Origin: Phormidesmis sp.
GTDB lineage: Bacteria > Cyanobacteriota > Cyanobacteriia > Leptolyngbyales > Leptolyngbyaceae
Assembly: GCA_965248535.1 (NCBI GenBank)
Contig: CBDFJR010000005.1
Span: forward strand, 2,240,001-2,304,000
Reading direction: 5' to 3'
Length of the DNA stretch: 64,000 bases
In this document: one piece after another, positions 9,186 to 17,483 of the stretch
How positions within the stretch are numbered: the first letter of the stretch is position 1
Layout of the letters: each line of letters starts with the position of its first letter
Program-made: the position numbers and the translations under genes
The notes under the pieces: model-generated
Database searches by the model: none
Seen by the model: the letters and a program-made list of their open reading frames with translations, nothing else
Told to the model about the DNA's origin: nothing

Positions 9186-10817
9186 ATGAGTTCTCTCCCA
9201 CAAGACAATCCCTGGATTAACAACTTTCTCGGTGAAGATGCCCGCTATTTTGTAGAAAAGAGCATCACCGCAGGCGGTATGGGAGAGGTGTATCTGGCAA
9301 CTGACATCAAGCTCAACCAGCAAGTCGCGATCAAAGTGTTAAAAGAGTCGCTGGCGACGATGGCGGAGATGTCGGAACGATTTAAGCGAGAGGTGGCGCT
9401 GTGTGCCGCGCTCAATAGTGAGCATATCGTTGAAATTCTAGATTCTGGGGCAACTCCAGAAGGGTATCCCTTTTATGTGATGGAGTATCTCAGGGGGCAG
9501 AGTTTGGGGCAGCTACTCCGGCACGAAAAGCGCTTGTCTCCTAAACGGGCGATCGAGATTATGCAGCAGGTTTGTGTGGGATTGCAAGTCGCTCATAATG
9601 GCGTGATCGTCAATGGCGAACGGATCAGAATTGTTCATCGAGATCTCAAACCTGACAATATTTTTCTAGTAACTTCTAATCTGGGAGAACTGGCAAAAAT
9701 TATTGACTTTGGCATTGCTAAAAAACTACGCGATGGCATCAATGAGCAAGGCTATACAAATTTAACTCAGATGTTTATCGGCACGTTTCGCTATGCGTCG
9801 CCAGAGCAATTAGCCGTGCGAAAAGATATCGATGAACGGGCGGATCTCTACAGTTTGGGCATGATTTTTTATGCGATGCTCACGGGCACCGATCCGTTTG
9901 GCTTTGGGGGGCAAACACGGCAAATCAGCGAGGTCAGTTGGGCGAGAGCGCATATGTCTCAAGCTCCTCAATCCGTGCGATCGCAGCCTGGTTGTGAGCA
10001 ATTTCCCCTAGAACTCGATGCGATCGTGCTGAAATGTTTGCAAAAACTTCCCAAAAATCGCTTCTCTTCGATGGAGGAATTGAAGCAAGCATTAGATACG
10101 GTAATGCCGCTCATTGCATCGCTACCCACGGCGAAAGCCACCCCGCCCAAGTCCGCAGTTGGCTCAGAGGATGAAACGATTCCGGGACGGGCGATTCTGG
10201 TCAATCCGACTGTTGACAAGCCTGTCCAGCGCGATGCGATTGCTCAAACTGCACAGCCAGAAGCATCACCGAATTCTGAGACGATCGTTCAAATCCCGAT
10301 CGCGATTAATCCCGCATATGCACCCACTGTATTTCGACCATTAGTTCCGTCGGCTGAGGTAGAAGAAACGATTGTTCAAGCAGCAGCATCAAATCAGCAG
10401 GAAGAAACGATCGTTCAAAAGCGAGATGCTACCCATTTAGACAGTCCGAGTCAAACCATTTTTCAGGAACCACCAGTTCAACAAAATCCGAGTCAGACCA
10501 TTTTTCAGGGAACACCAGTTCAACAAAATCCGAGTCAGACCATTTTCCAGGGAACACCAGTTCAACAAAATCCGAGTCAAACCATTTTCCAGGGAACACC
10601 AGTTCAACAGAATCCGAGTCAAACCATTTTCCAGGGAACACCAGTTCAACAAAATCCGAGTCAAACCATTTTTCAGGGAATACCAGTTCAGCAGAATCCA
10701 GCGCAAAAGAATGTTCAAGAGCAGATCCAATCTTCAGTTTCTGGACTTCTCCGTGTGCCTTCGCGGATAGCAGATACAACTCGCCGCTTAATTACCTTCA
10801 TTCGGCAACGGAGATAA
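9186..10817 (+). CDS. Hanks-type Ser/Thr protein kinase with repetitive C-terminal tail
   Basis: GGMGEVY, VAIK, HRDLKPDN, DFG, GTFRYASPEQ. Confidence 0.95.
   Translation: MSSLPQDNPWINNFLGEDARYFVEKSITAGGMGEVYLATDIKLNQQVAIKVLKESLATMAEMSERFKREVALCAALNSEHIVEILDSGATPEGYPFYVMEYLRGQSLGQLLRHEKRLSPKRAIEIMQQVCVGLQVAHNGVIVNGERIRIVHRDLKPDNIFLVTSNLGELAKIIDFGIAKKLRDGINEQGYTNLTQMFIGTFRYASPEQLAVRKDIDERADLYSLGMIFYAMLTGTDPFGFGGQTRQISEVSWARAHMSQAPQSVRSQPGCEQFPLELDAIVLKCLQKLPKNRFSSMEELKQALDTVMPLIASLPTAKATPPKSAVGSEDETIPGRAILVNPTVDKPVQRDAIAQTAQPEASPNSETIVQIPIAINPAYAPTVFRPLVPSAEVEETIVQAAASNQQEETIVQKRDATHLDSPSQTIFQEPPVQQNPSQTIFQGTPVQQNPSQTIFQGTPVQQNPSQTIFQGTPVQQNPSQTIFQGTPVQQNPSQTIFQGIPVQQNPAQKNVQEQIQSSVSGLLRVPSRIADTTRRLITFIRQRR
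10446..10697 (+). repeat. Six tandem 42-bp repeats encoding PSQTIFQGTPVQQN
   Basis: Visible in DNA and protein. Confidence 0.95.
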
Positions 10818-10892
10818 TCAACGCAGACTTGCAAGTTACGGTGTTTATCCGCCCCTTGTTCGATGCTAGTCGAGGAGCAGATTAACGCTGAC

Positions 10893-11591
10893 TTATCCTA
10901 CATTAGACCTCCTGCGCGAATCCGGGAACGCCCCCTTCTTCGACTCCGCACAAACCGCGAGTCGTTCTAACACATTTTCCACTCCACGGCGCGCTTGTAT
11001 TAGATGCATTGGGTCGTTCATCATGACAAACAGGAAATTTGCAGCCAATAGCATAGCCTCGATTTCAAAAACGGCCTGAGCAACTTCTGCATTGGGATTG
11101 ATCTCTCCCAAGTCCTGCGCGTCAATGATGCACTGCCTCAATAATGAAAGCCATTGATCTAACACCTTAACCACTCGATCGCGGGCTGGGCCAGGGCGCG
11201 TGTCAAGTTCTGCGGCGACTGAGGCAAAAAAACATCCACCTGGGAAAACTCTGCGTTCAAGATGTGAAAGAAAGGAACTAGCCACTGCCCGGAGCCGCTC
11301 AATTCCCGCATGGGCGCTCAATGCAGGTTGAAGCACTTCACTCTCAAAAATCGCGGCTGCCGTTTCGATCGTTGCCAACTCCAGTTCTTCTTTAGATTTG
11401 AAGTGCGCGTAGAGACCACTCTTGCTCATGCCAATCTCAGCAGCTAGGTCTCCAAGCGACAAGCCAGTCAGTCCCTTCATTGTTGCCAACTTTGCCGCAG
11501 CAAGCAGAATGGTAGTGCGACTGGACTGACCTTTCGAGCGGGAGGGATCACCGCCTTCTAAATTAGGTTTTGAAGACGAAGCAAGACTCAT
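10893..11591 (-). CDS. TetR/AcrR-family transcriptional regulator
   Basis: GLTGLSLGDLAAEIGMSKSGLYAHFKSKEEL HTH; PGGCFF motif. Confidence 0.92.
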   Translation of the reverse strand: MSLASSSKPNLEGGDPSRSKGQSSRTTILLAAAKLATMKGLTGLSLGDLAAEIGMSKSGLYAHFKSKEELELATIETAAAIFESEVLQPALSAHAGIERLRAVASSFLSHLERRVFPGGCFFASVAAELDTRPGPARDRVVKVLDQWLSLLRQCIIDAQDLGEINPNAEVAQAVFEIEAMLLAANFLFVMMNDPMHLIQARRGVENVLERLAVCAESKKGAFPDSRRRSNVG

Positions 11592-11594
11592 ATC

Positions 11595-11655
11595 TTGACA
11601 ATAGCACGAACGGTCGTCATAATCAAAGCAGGGAAAAGAACGAACGTTCGTTCTT
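11595..11655 (+). promoter_or_regulatory. Sigma70-type promoter (TTGACA-17-CATAAT) with probable TetR operators
   Basis: TTGACA 11595-11600, CATAAT 11618-11623; perfect 20-bp palindrome AAGAACGAACGTTCGTTCTT at 11636-11655; related ACGAACGGTCGT in the spacer. Confidence 0.75.
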
Positions 11656-11703
11656 ATATACGGCCCTTTACATCAACTCAAAACTACAAACAGGAGAAAA
11701 TCG

Positions 11704-11937
11704 ATGCCCTTAATAAATGTAAAACTGATCGAAGGCGTTTTCACGTCAACGCAAAAGCAGGAGATGATCCGCAAGCTCACTGACACAATGGTGGCGATCG
11801 AAGGCGAGAACCTGCGCCCAGTGACGTGGGTTGTGATCGAAGAGGTCAAAAGTGGCGACTGGGGAATAGGCGGTGATCCTCTCACCACCAAAGATGTGCA
11901 GGCGCTTGCGGCTGGCAAGTCTAAAGCAAACGTCTAG
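11704..11937 (+). CDS. 4-oxalocrotonate tautomerase family protein
   Basis: Catalytic Pro1 (MPLINVKL), TWVVIEEVKSGDWGIGG; RBS AGGAG. Confidence 0.9.
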   Translation: MPLINVKLIEGVFTSTQKQEMIRKLTDTMVAIEGENLRPVTWVVIEEVKSGDWGIGGDPLTTKDVQALAAGKSKANV

Positions 11938-12024
11938 CCATGAGCTACAGCGAACCCGGCGATCGTGCTGTGGTGGCAACTGTGCTCGCTTGCAAGTCGG
12001 GTCGCTAAACTTAGGTTATTGGGC
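11932..12024 (+). mobile_element. Degenerate integron attC-like recombination site
   Basis: GTCTAGC (RYYYAAC-like, overlapping the stop codon)...AGCGAACCCGGC / GTCGGGTCGCT arms with one unpaired base...ATTGGGC (GTTRRRY-like). Confidence 0.5.
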
Positions 12025-12267
12025 AGACAAAGGATATGCTGAACCTTATCTAGATGAAAACTCGGACTGTAGTAGTCGGCATTGACTGGCTCAACAGATA
12101 CCATCTATTGCAGGGTTCTCACATAGCACGAGTTATTAATAGCGATGATTGATACTGGACTTTCTTGCGAGAGCCAGATGGTCACACGCTTGACCTATCC
12201 TATAGGCAAGAAATAAGATTGACCGTAGAACAGACTCCACGAAAATATGCTGCACGGGATCAACCCA

Positions 12268-12768
12268 ATGTCTAGTGCAAATCTAATTCGGTTAGGCGGA
12301 CTCGCAGCAATACTTGCAGGAATCCTACGCGGAGCCAACTCGTTTGTAGTCAGTGATGCCCCTAGTGGCGCGATCGCAGTCCTTTACTTGCTGACTGATA
12401 TCTTCATCCTATTTGGAATAATCGGTATATACGGGTTTCAGCATCAAGAATCTAGATTGTGGGGATTCTTTGGATTCTTACTAGCAATTGTTGGCATTGC
12501 ACTGATACGGACTGGAGCAATATCGGGAGTCAGTCTGTACCCGATTGGAGCACTAATATTCGCAGCAGGTCTGAGCTTATTTGCAGTCGGCTCTTGGATA
12601 GCAAGAAAGCTTCCCCGGTGGGTATCTGCCTTTTGGGTACTTTCGACGATCGTAGGATTCATCGGCTATTTCATACCAGGTCTTAACCTATTGTTTGTCA
12701 TATCTGGAGTAATTTTCGGTATGAGTTTTGCTGGAGCAGGTATGAAGGTCTGGTCAGCAACGAGCTAA
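12268..12768 (+). CDS. Multi-pass membrane protein, unknown function
   Basis: About 6 hydrophobic segments; probable start MSSANLIRLGG (ORF track starts 12247). Confidence 0.7.
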   Translation: MSSANLIRLGGLAAILAGILRGANSFVVSDAPSGAIAVLYLLTDIFILFGIIGIYGFQHQESRLWGFFGFLLAIVGIALIRTGAISGVSLYPIGALIFAAGLSLFAVGSWIARKLPRWVSAFWVLSTIVGFIGYFIPGLNLLFVISGVIFGMSFAGAGMKVWSATS

Positions 12769-12961
12769 CAACTGTCAAGAGAACTCTCCACTTAGAAGAA
12801 AGATAGTGATACCGTGCGATTTAGATGGCAGTCACAGCCCAGTTCATCAAGCGGAAATAATTGTTAACCCAGCCGATCTCTCGACTTCTGGCTATGGGCG
12901 ATCGCACTCTCAACTCCTAGCCTAGATCTTAATCAAACGTTCGACGCGATCGAGGTTTCAG

Positions 12962-13165
12962 ATGCCAGCCTGCCCTTTCCTTCCAACGATTCCTATTTCT
13001 GTGCCGTCTGACTGCGATGACGATTGCCTAGTAGCCGCAGCAAAACGCTTCATGCAAGACCCAACGCTTTTGAGTCAGTTGAGCGATCGCGTTTATGAGC
13101 TATGGCTCACCGACCTGCGCTATCAGCAAGAGCGATCAAGAAACTATCGTAACGGCAGGATTTAA
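12962..13165 (+). CDS. Small CIS-associated hypothetical protein
   Basis: LSDRVYELWLTDLRYQQER resembles the C-terminus of 13713..16910; RBS GAGG; abuts the tube gene. Confidence 0.65.
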   Translation: MPACPFLPTIPISVPSDCDDDCLVAAAKRFMQDPTLLSQLSDRVYELWLTDLRYQQERSRNYRNGRI

Positions 13166-13166
13166 G

Positions 13167-13691
13167 ATGCCTAACTCAAGTTTAGAAAGCCATGCCAAGA
13201 ACTACATCTCAGTCAACCACTTCTATATAGAAATTGGGAGCAGTATTGCTGCCTGTTTTTCTGAATGTTCAGGTCTGAGTGCCCAGATCAAAAAGGAAGT
13301 GTATTTTGAGGGCGGTGTCAATGACCAACAGCGGATTAGTGTGGGTCATGCAGAATTCGGTGATGTCACCCTTAAACGGGGCATGAGTGATGATCCTACG
13401 TTCTCAAAGTGGCTGGGTGAAGTGCTTGATCAGAAAAAAACGCAGCGCCGTAACGTCAATATTCTTGTGTTTAATCAAGCCGGGGAAATCATGCAAAGCT
13501 GGACGCTGATTGGTGCGATTCCCGTTGGCTGGAAAACTGCCGCTCTGCAAGCCGATGGCAGTAGTGTCGCGATCGAGGAACTAACGCTGGCGATCGAAGG
13601 ATTAAAAATTGGCAAGGGTTCAGGAAGTTCATCCGGTAGCGAATCGGTATCGCGGACTTCAGGCTTTTTTGCATCAAGTGCGTGGAAATAA
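13167..13691 (+). CDS. Phage tail tube protein (T4 gp19-like / Afp1-5 type) of a contractile injection system
   Basis: FSECSGL...EGGVND...DVTLKRG...RRNVNILVFNQAGE...W...P..W...VAIEELTL; likely start MPNS at 13167. Confidence 0.92.
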   Translation: MPNSSLESHAKNYISVNHFYIEIGSSIAACFSECSGLSAQIKKEVYFEGGVNDQQRISVGHAEFGDVTLKRGMSDDPTFSKWLGEVLDQKKTQRRNVNILVFNQAGEIMQSWTLIGAIPVGWKTAALQADGSSVAIEELTLAIEGLKIGKGSGSSSGSESVSRTSGFFASSAWK

Positions 13692-13712
13692 ACAACGTGG
13701 GAAATTTGAGCC

Positions 13713-16700
13713 ATGACGCAGTTTCAGCAGTCATCTCTTCGCCCTCTGCACCCAGGAATACAGTCCTACATTGGCATCCAACCGCCGTTGTTGGGCACGA
13801 GACTGCCGTTAGGACAATCACACAGTTGGGTGCAAAGGCAATTAAGCCGATTTCGACCTTTGGCTACTCTTTCTCGATTTGCTGATCAGCGACTGTCTCG
13901 CTCAATTTTGCCAACTTTTAACGATTCGATCGGGGGAATGTCTGATGGTGATGACTTAGGTTCAACCAGGGTTGAACCTGCACAAACTTCTGCCTCGATC
14001 GAGCCGTCTCAACCTGAGTTTCAACTGCTTCCAACTCACATTCAGCTTGTTGAGGAGTCTTCGCTGGATGCCCCTGTGATTGACTCTAAAAAACCTGCTA
14101 AATCTCAAAAGAAAAGAACAACAACTCAAACTACACCTCGATCGAATTCGCAGAAAGCAGTTGCTAGAAAAACACCTAAGAAGACAACACCCACCGCAGT
14201 TGAGATAGATGCTGGTCGGGCGAGTCAACGACTCCAACATTCAGAAACGACCGCACCGCTGGAATCAGTCCTTTTAGATGATTCGGGGGTTCAAGGTCAA
14301 CGGCTCGATATGTTCCCAAGCGAACTCGATCGAGCGATACAACCATCAGAGAGCAGCATTCCAGGGCAGCAGACTAGCTCTTTAATGCACCCGATCGTAG
14401 ACACTTCTGCTCTCAACACTAGCGCGATCGGGCAACAAAATAGCAAACACCAACATCTAGCAGATTCTGAATCATCAACCTCGCCCAATGCGTTAGAAAA
14501 TCCACAAATCTCTAGAACAACTCAGCCGCAATCTCAATCAAAGCCGTCAGAGCAGTTCAGCTTATCGACTGCACTAGAGAACATTACACCAAGATTAGTT
14601 GAGCGATCGCTTGAACATTCAACGCAGACTGACTCTGAACCGCAGGAGACCAGACCGTTAGATTTTGACGAACAGCCTAATCCTACAGAGATTGATCAAT
14701 CTCTGTTAGACCCTCGTACTTTTCTTTCTCCCAACCGCGATTTGTCGCAACAGACACCCGCTCCTTTAGAAAGTCAAGCGATCGATTCTTTAGAAGTGCA
14801 GCCGCGATCGGAGTCCTCTAGTTTCAAAGAACCGCGCAAAACGAGATCTAAAAAACGGTTATCTTCAGAGATAGTTCAGAACAATCTACCTGCTGACTCG
14901 ATGAGCGCAGAGCGCAACGCCGAAGGAACCGCGCCTCCCGCTTTGGACAATCTCTTGCAACCCACTGTACTCGATACTATACGCGATGCCGTTCCATTTC
15001 GCCTATCCACATCGCATCCAGAGCCAATACAATCGACTCTGCAAATTCCCACTACTGAGATTAACTCTAAAGAGATTGAATCTATAGAGGCTGATTCCTT
15101 CAATGTTCTAGTAGAAGGAGCGGAACCAAAGCAAATTTCTGCTCCAGAACCTGAATATTTTAGAGAGACGGTGGTGCCCCGTGTAGCTTCTAGCTCAGAG
15201 CCGTCGATTCAAGCAAGTCCAGACAATCAAGCTGCGACTCTAGAGACGACGATCGAGCCAAAACGTGCAGAAGCAAGTCGATCGCATGAGCAGAAGCCAA
15301 CAATCCAATCTAGTAGACAACCAGAGTTTTTGTCTCAGACTTCTCTCAATCTTGATGAATCAACACCAAGAGGGCAGCAGCATCTAGAGATTATCGAAGA
15401 AAATACTATATTGAGTCAGCCTAATCTTGTCCAATACCCAATTAAAAATAAACTGCAACAGATCAGGAGTGAAACCAACTCAAAGTCACCCAAAATGGAG
15501 GATTTAGGGGGCGAGGATCTATCGCATCCACAAATTGACTTAGTACAAGACGATAGTATTGTCAGTCGTAAGATCAGGAACGAAACCAACTCAAAGTCCC
15601 CCGAAATGGAGGATTTAGGGGGCGAGGATCTATCGCATCCACAAATTGACTTGGTACAAGACGATAGTGTTGTCAGTCGTGAGATCAGGAGTGAAACCAA
15701 CTCAAAGTCCCCAAACATGGGGGATTTAGGAGGCGAGGATCTGTCGCATTCACAAATTGACTTGGTACAAGACGATAGTATTGTCAGTCGTATTGAAACG
15801 ATTAATCCCGATGAGAATAGTCATGATCATCAGGACTTAGAAGACTTTCAACCATCGAATCGCCCTGATGCAGATAGCGATCGTTCATTGCTCTCAGAGA
15901 ATGCGAGATTACCGACTATAGCTGAACCTGCCAATCGCCAAGATCATCAGAGCAGCCCAGCAAAGACTCTCCGTAATACTTCGATTCAAGCATTTTCCTC
16001 ACCTGATGTTGAAGAAACTCAGCCGTTAGATACTCCATCCGCAGAACTGAAACACATGATCTCTCCTGATGAGATTCAACCTCAAGGGTTTGCTGTTGGT
16101 GGAGAGGTCAAACATTCTACTGCTTCTAGCCAGTCCCCGATCGCGTCCTCAGATACGGTTCCAGCACTGCTGACTCCTGGTGAATTTGTCATTCAAGCAA
16201 CTGCGGCTCAAGCGCATCTTGATTTATTGCAGCATATTAACACCGGAGGCAACCTTGATCGATTGCTTGAGCCTCCCGCGCCAGCCGAAACTCCAGAGCC
16301 TACCATCATTCAGCGAACCATTGCTCACGGCTCGTTGCCCAAAATTGCGCAAACCTTGTCTCCTCATTTTCAACGTGCGATTAGCGCCAAGCGCAACTCT
16401 CAAGAAATCGCAGAACCCTTGCTCTTTTCAACTGATCGATCCGAACTGTCGCAAATTTCAGCGTCTACTGCTCAATCAGTTCAAACAACCTACGCACCCA
16501 CTCCTTTGATCTTTCGGAAACCTCACCCTGTTCCCACCACAACACCTGATCAATGGTCGAGCATTGAGGATTTGTTGTCTAGTCAAACTGCTAACGCAAC
16601 TGCCGTCAATTCAAACCCTGCAAATCATCAGCCTTCCGTCTTGCCCGTTGCATCCAGCTTTACAGACCGTTCGAGATCGCTATCCTCAGAATTTTCTCAG

Positions 16701-16910
16701 GGTGGCGCGATCGCTCCGACTTCGATGAATGCTATGGGGAGCGCATCTTCACCCACGATCGTCCAAACCCTGAAATCTCCATCTCTTCCTGAAACTACAG
16801 CTTCTAATCATCTAGATACACTCGCAAAAGAAGTTTATCAACGGTTAAGACAACGTTTAGAGCATGAGCGAGAACGACGTGGCGGCTATGCGGGGCGATT
16901 GCCTTGGTGA
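13713..16910 (+). CDS. Large low-complexity (S/E/P/Q-rich) CIS-associated protein with a tape-measure-like motif
   Basis: FAVGGEV...SDTVPALLTPGEFVI...LLQHINTG; C-terminal LDTLAKEVYQRLRQRLEHERERRG; lies between tube and tube-initiator genes. Confidence 0.7.
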   Translation: MTQFQQSSLRPLHPGIQSYIGIQPPLLGTRLPLGQSHSWVQRQLSRFRPLATLSRFADQRLSRSILPTFNDSIGGMSDGDDLGSTRVEPAQTSASIEPSQPEFQLLPTHIQLVEESSLDAPVIDSKKPAKSQKKRTTTQTTPRSNSQKAVARKTPKKTTPTAVEIDAGRASQRLQHSETTAPLESVLLDDSGVQGQRLDMFPSELDRAIQPSESSIPGQQTSSLMHPIVDTSALNTSAIGQQNSKHQHLADSESSTSPNALENPQISRTTQPQSQSKPSEQFSLSTALENITPRLVERSLEHSTQTDSEPQETRPLDFDEQPNPTEIDQSLLDPRTFLSPNRDLSQQTPAPLESQAIDSLEVQPRSESSSFKEPRKTRSKKRLSSEIVQNNLPADSMSAERNAEGTAPPALDNLLQPTVLDTIRDAVPFRLSTSHPEPIQSTLQIPTTEINSKEIESIEADSFNVLVEGAEPKQISAPEPEYFRETVVPRVASSSEPSIQASPDNQAATLETTIEPKRAEASRSHEQKPTIQSSRQPEFLSQTSLNLDESTPRGQQHLEIIEENTILSQPNLVQYPIKNKLQQIRSETNSKSPKMEDLGGEDLSHPQIDLVQDDSIVSRKIRNETNSKSPEMEDLGGEDLSHPQIDLVQDDSVVSREIRSETNSKSPNMGDLGGEDLSHSQIDLVQDDSIVSRIETINPDENSHDHQDLEDFQPSNRPDADSDRSLLSENARLPTIAEPANRQDHQSSPAKTLRNTSIQAFSSPDVEETQPLDTPSAELKHMISPDEIQPQGFAVGGEVKHSTASSQSPIASSDTVPALLTPGEFVIQATAAQAHLDLLQHINTGGNLDRLLEPPAPAETPEPTIIQRTIAHGSLPKIAQTLSPHFQRAISAKRNSQEIAEPLLFSTDRSELSQISASTAQSVQTTYAPTPLIFRKPHPVPTTTPDQWSSIEDLLSSQTANATAVNSNPANHQPSVLPVASSFTDRSRSLSSEFSQGGAIAPTSMNAMGSASSPTIVQTLKSPSLPETTASNHLDTLAKEVYQRLRQRLEHERERRGGYAGRLPW
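15460..15791 (+). repeat. Three tandem 111-bp (37-aa) repeats, each containing a dispersed-repeat unit
   Basis: IRSETNSKSP.MEDLGGEDLSHPQIDLVQDDS.VSR x3. Confidence 0.92.
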
Positions 16911-16943
16911 ACACTTTTATTTAAGCTTTGGAGAATTCTGACA

Positions 16944-17453
16944 ATGGCACTTGAAAAAGCAAAACTAATGCTTTATAGCTCTCCATTTAACGGAGAAGCC
17001 AAAGATATTGACTTTATGTTTAATCCTACTGAAATTAGCTTTACTCGCCAAGTGACTTGGGATAGCGACCCAGGAAATCGCGGCGCTTCTCTTTTACCCA
17101 AAGTCAATTTTTCTGGCGTTCAACCCTACGAATTCACCCTAAGTAATCTGCTCTTCGACACCTATGAAACCAAGACCTCGGTAATGACAACCTATATCGA
17201 TAACATCAAGCAGGGAGTTAGCGCCCGTGCCCAAGCCCCATCTCGCCCTCCAGTTTATGTGTTTGTTTGGAAAGACAAATATTTTCATTGTGTGATGTCG
17301 AGCTTGACCTACAAGCTCACGCTGTTTTTGAGCGATGGCACCCCCGTAAAAGCGATCGTCGATATCTCTCTGCGAGAAGTCGATCCAGAAAACCTTCCTG
17401 GCAGCAGTGCAACTTCAGCAAGCAGTCGAACGCCAGATTCAAGAGTGGCTTAG
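16944..17453 (+). CDS. CIS tube-initiator protein (Afp7-like, no LysM domain evident)
   Basis: FMFNPTEISF...LLFDTYE...PPVYVFVW...LTYKLTLFLSDGTPVKAIVDISLRE. Confidence 0.88.
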   Translation: MALEKAKLMLYSSPFNGEAKDIDFMFNPTEISFTRQVTWDSDPGNRGASLLPKVNFSGVQPYEFTLSNLLFDTYETKTSVMTTYIDNIKQGVSARAQAPSRPPVYVFVWKDKYFHCVMSSLTYKLTLFLSDGTPVKAIVDISLREVDPENLPGSSATSASSRTPDSRVA

Positions 17454-17483
17454 GGTTAAACCAATTGTGCAAGTGATTTAGCA

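Noticed and set aside
10446..10697. 42-bp repeats as a CRISPR array
   Set aside because: Contiguous in-frame repeats with no unique spacers
13095..13166. N-terminal extension of the tube ORF
   Set aside because: Overlaps the 12962..13165 gene; ATG 13167 right after its stop fits better
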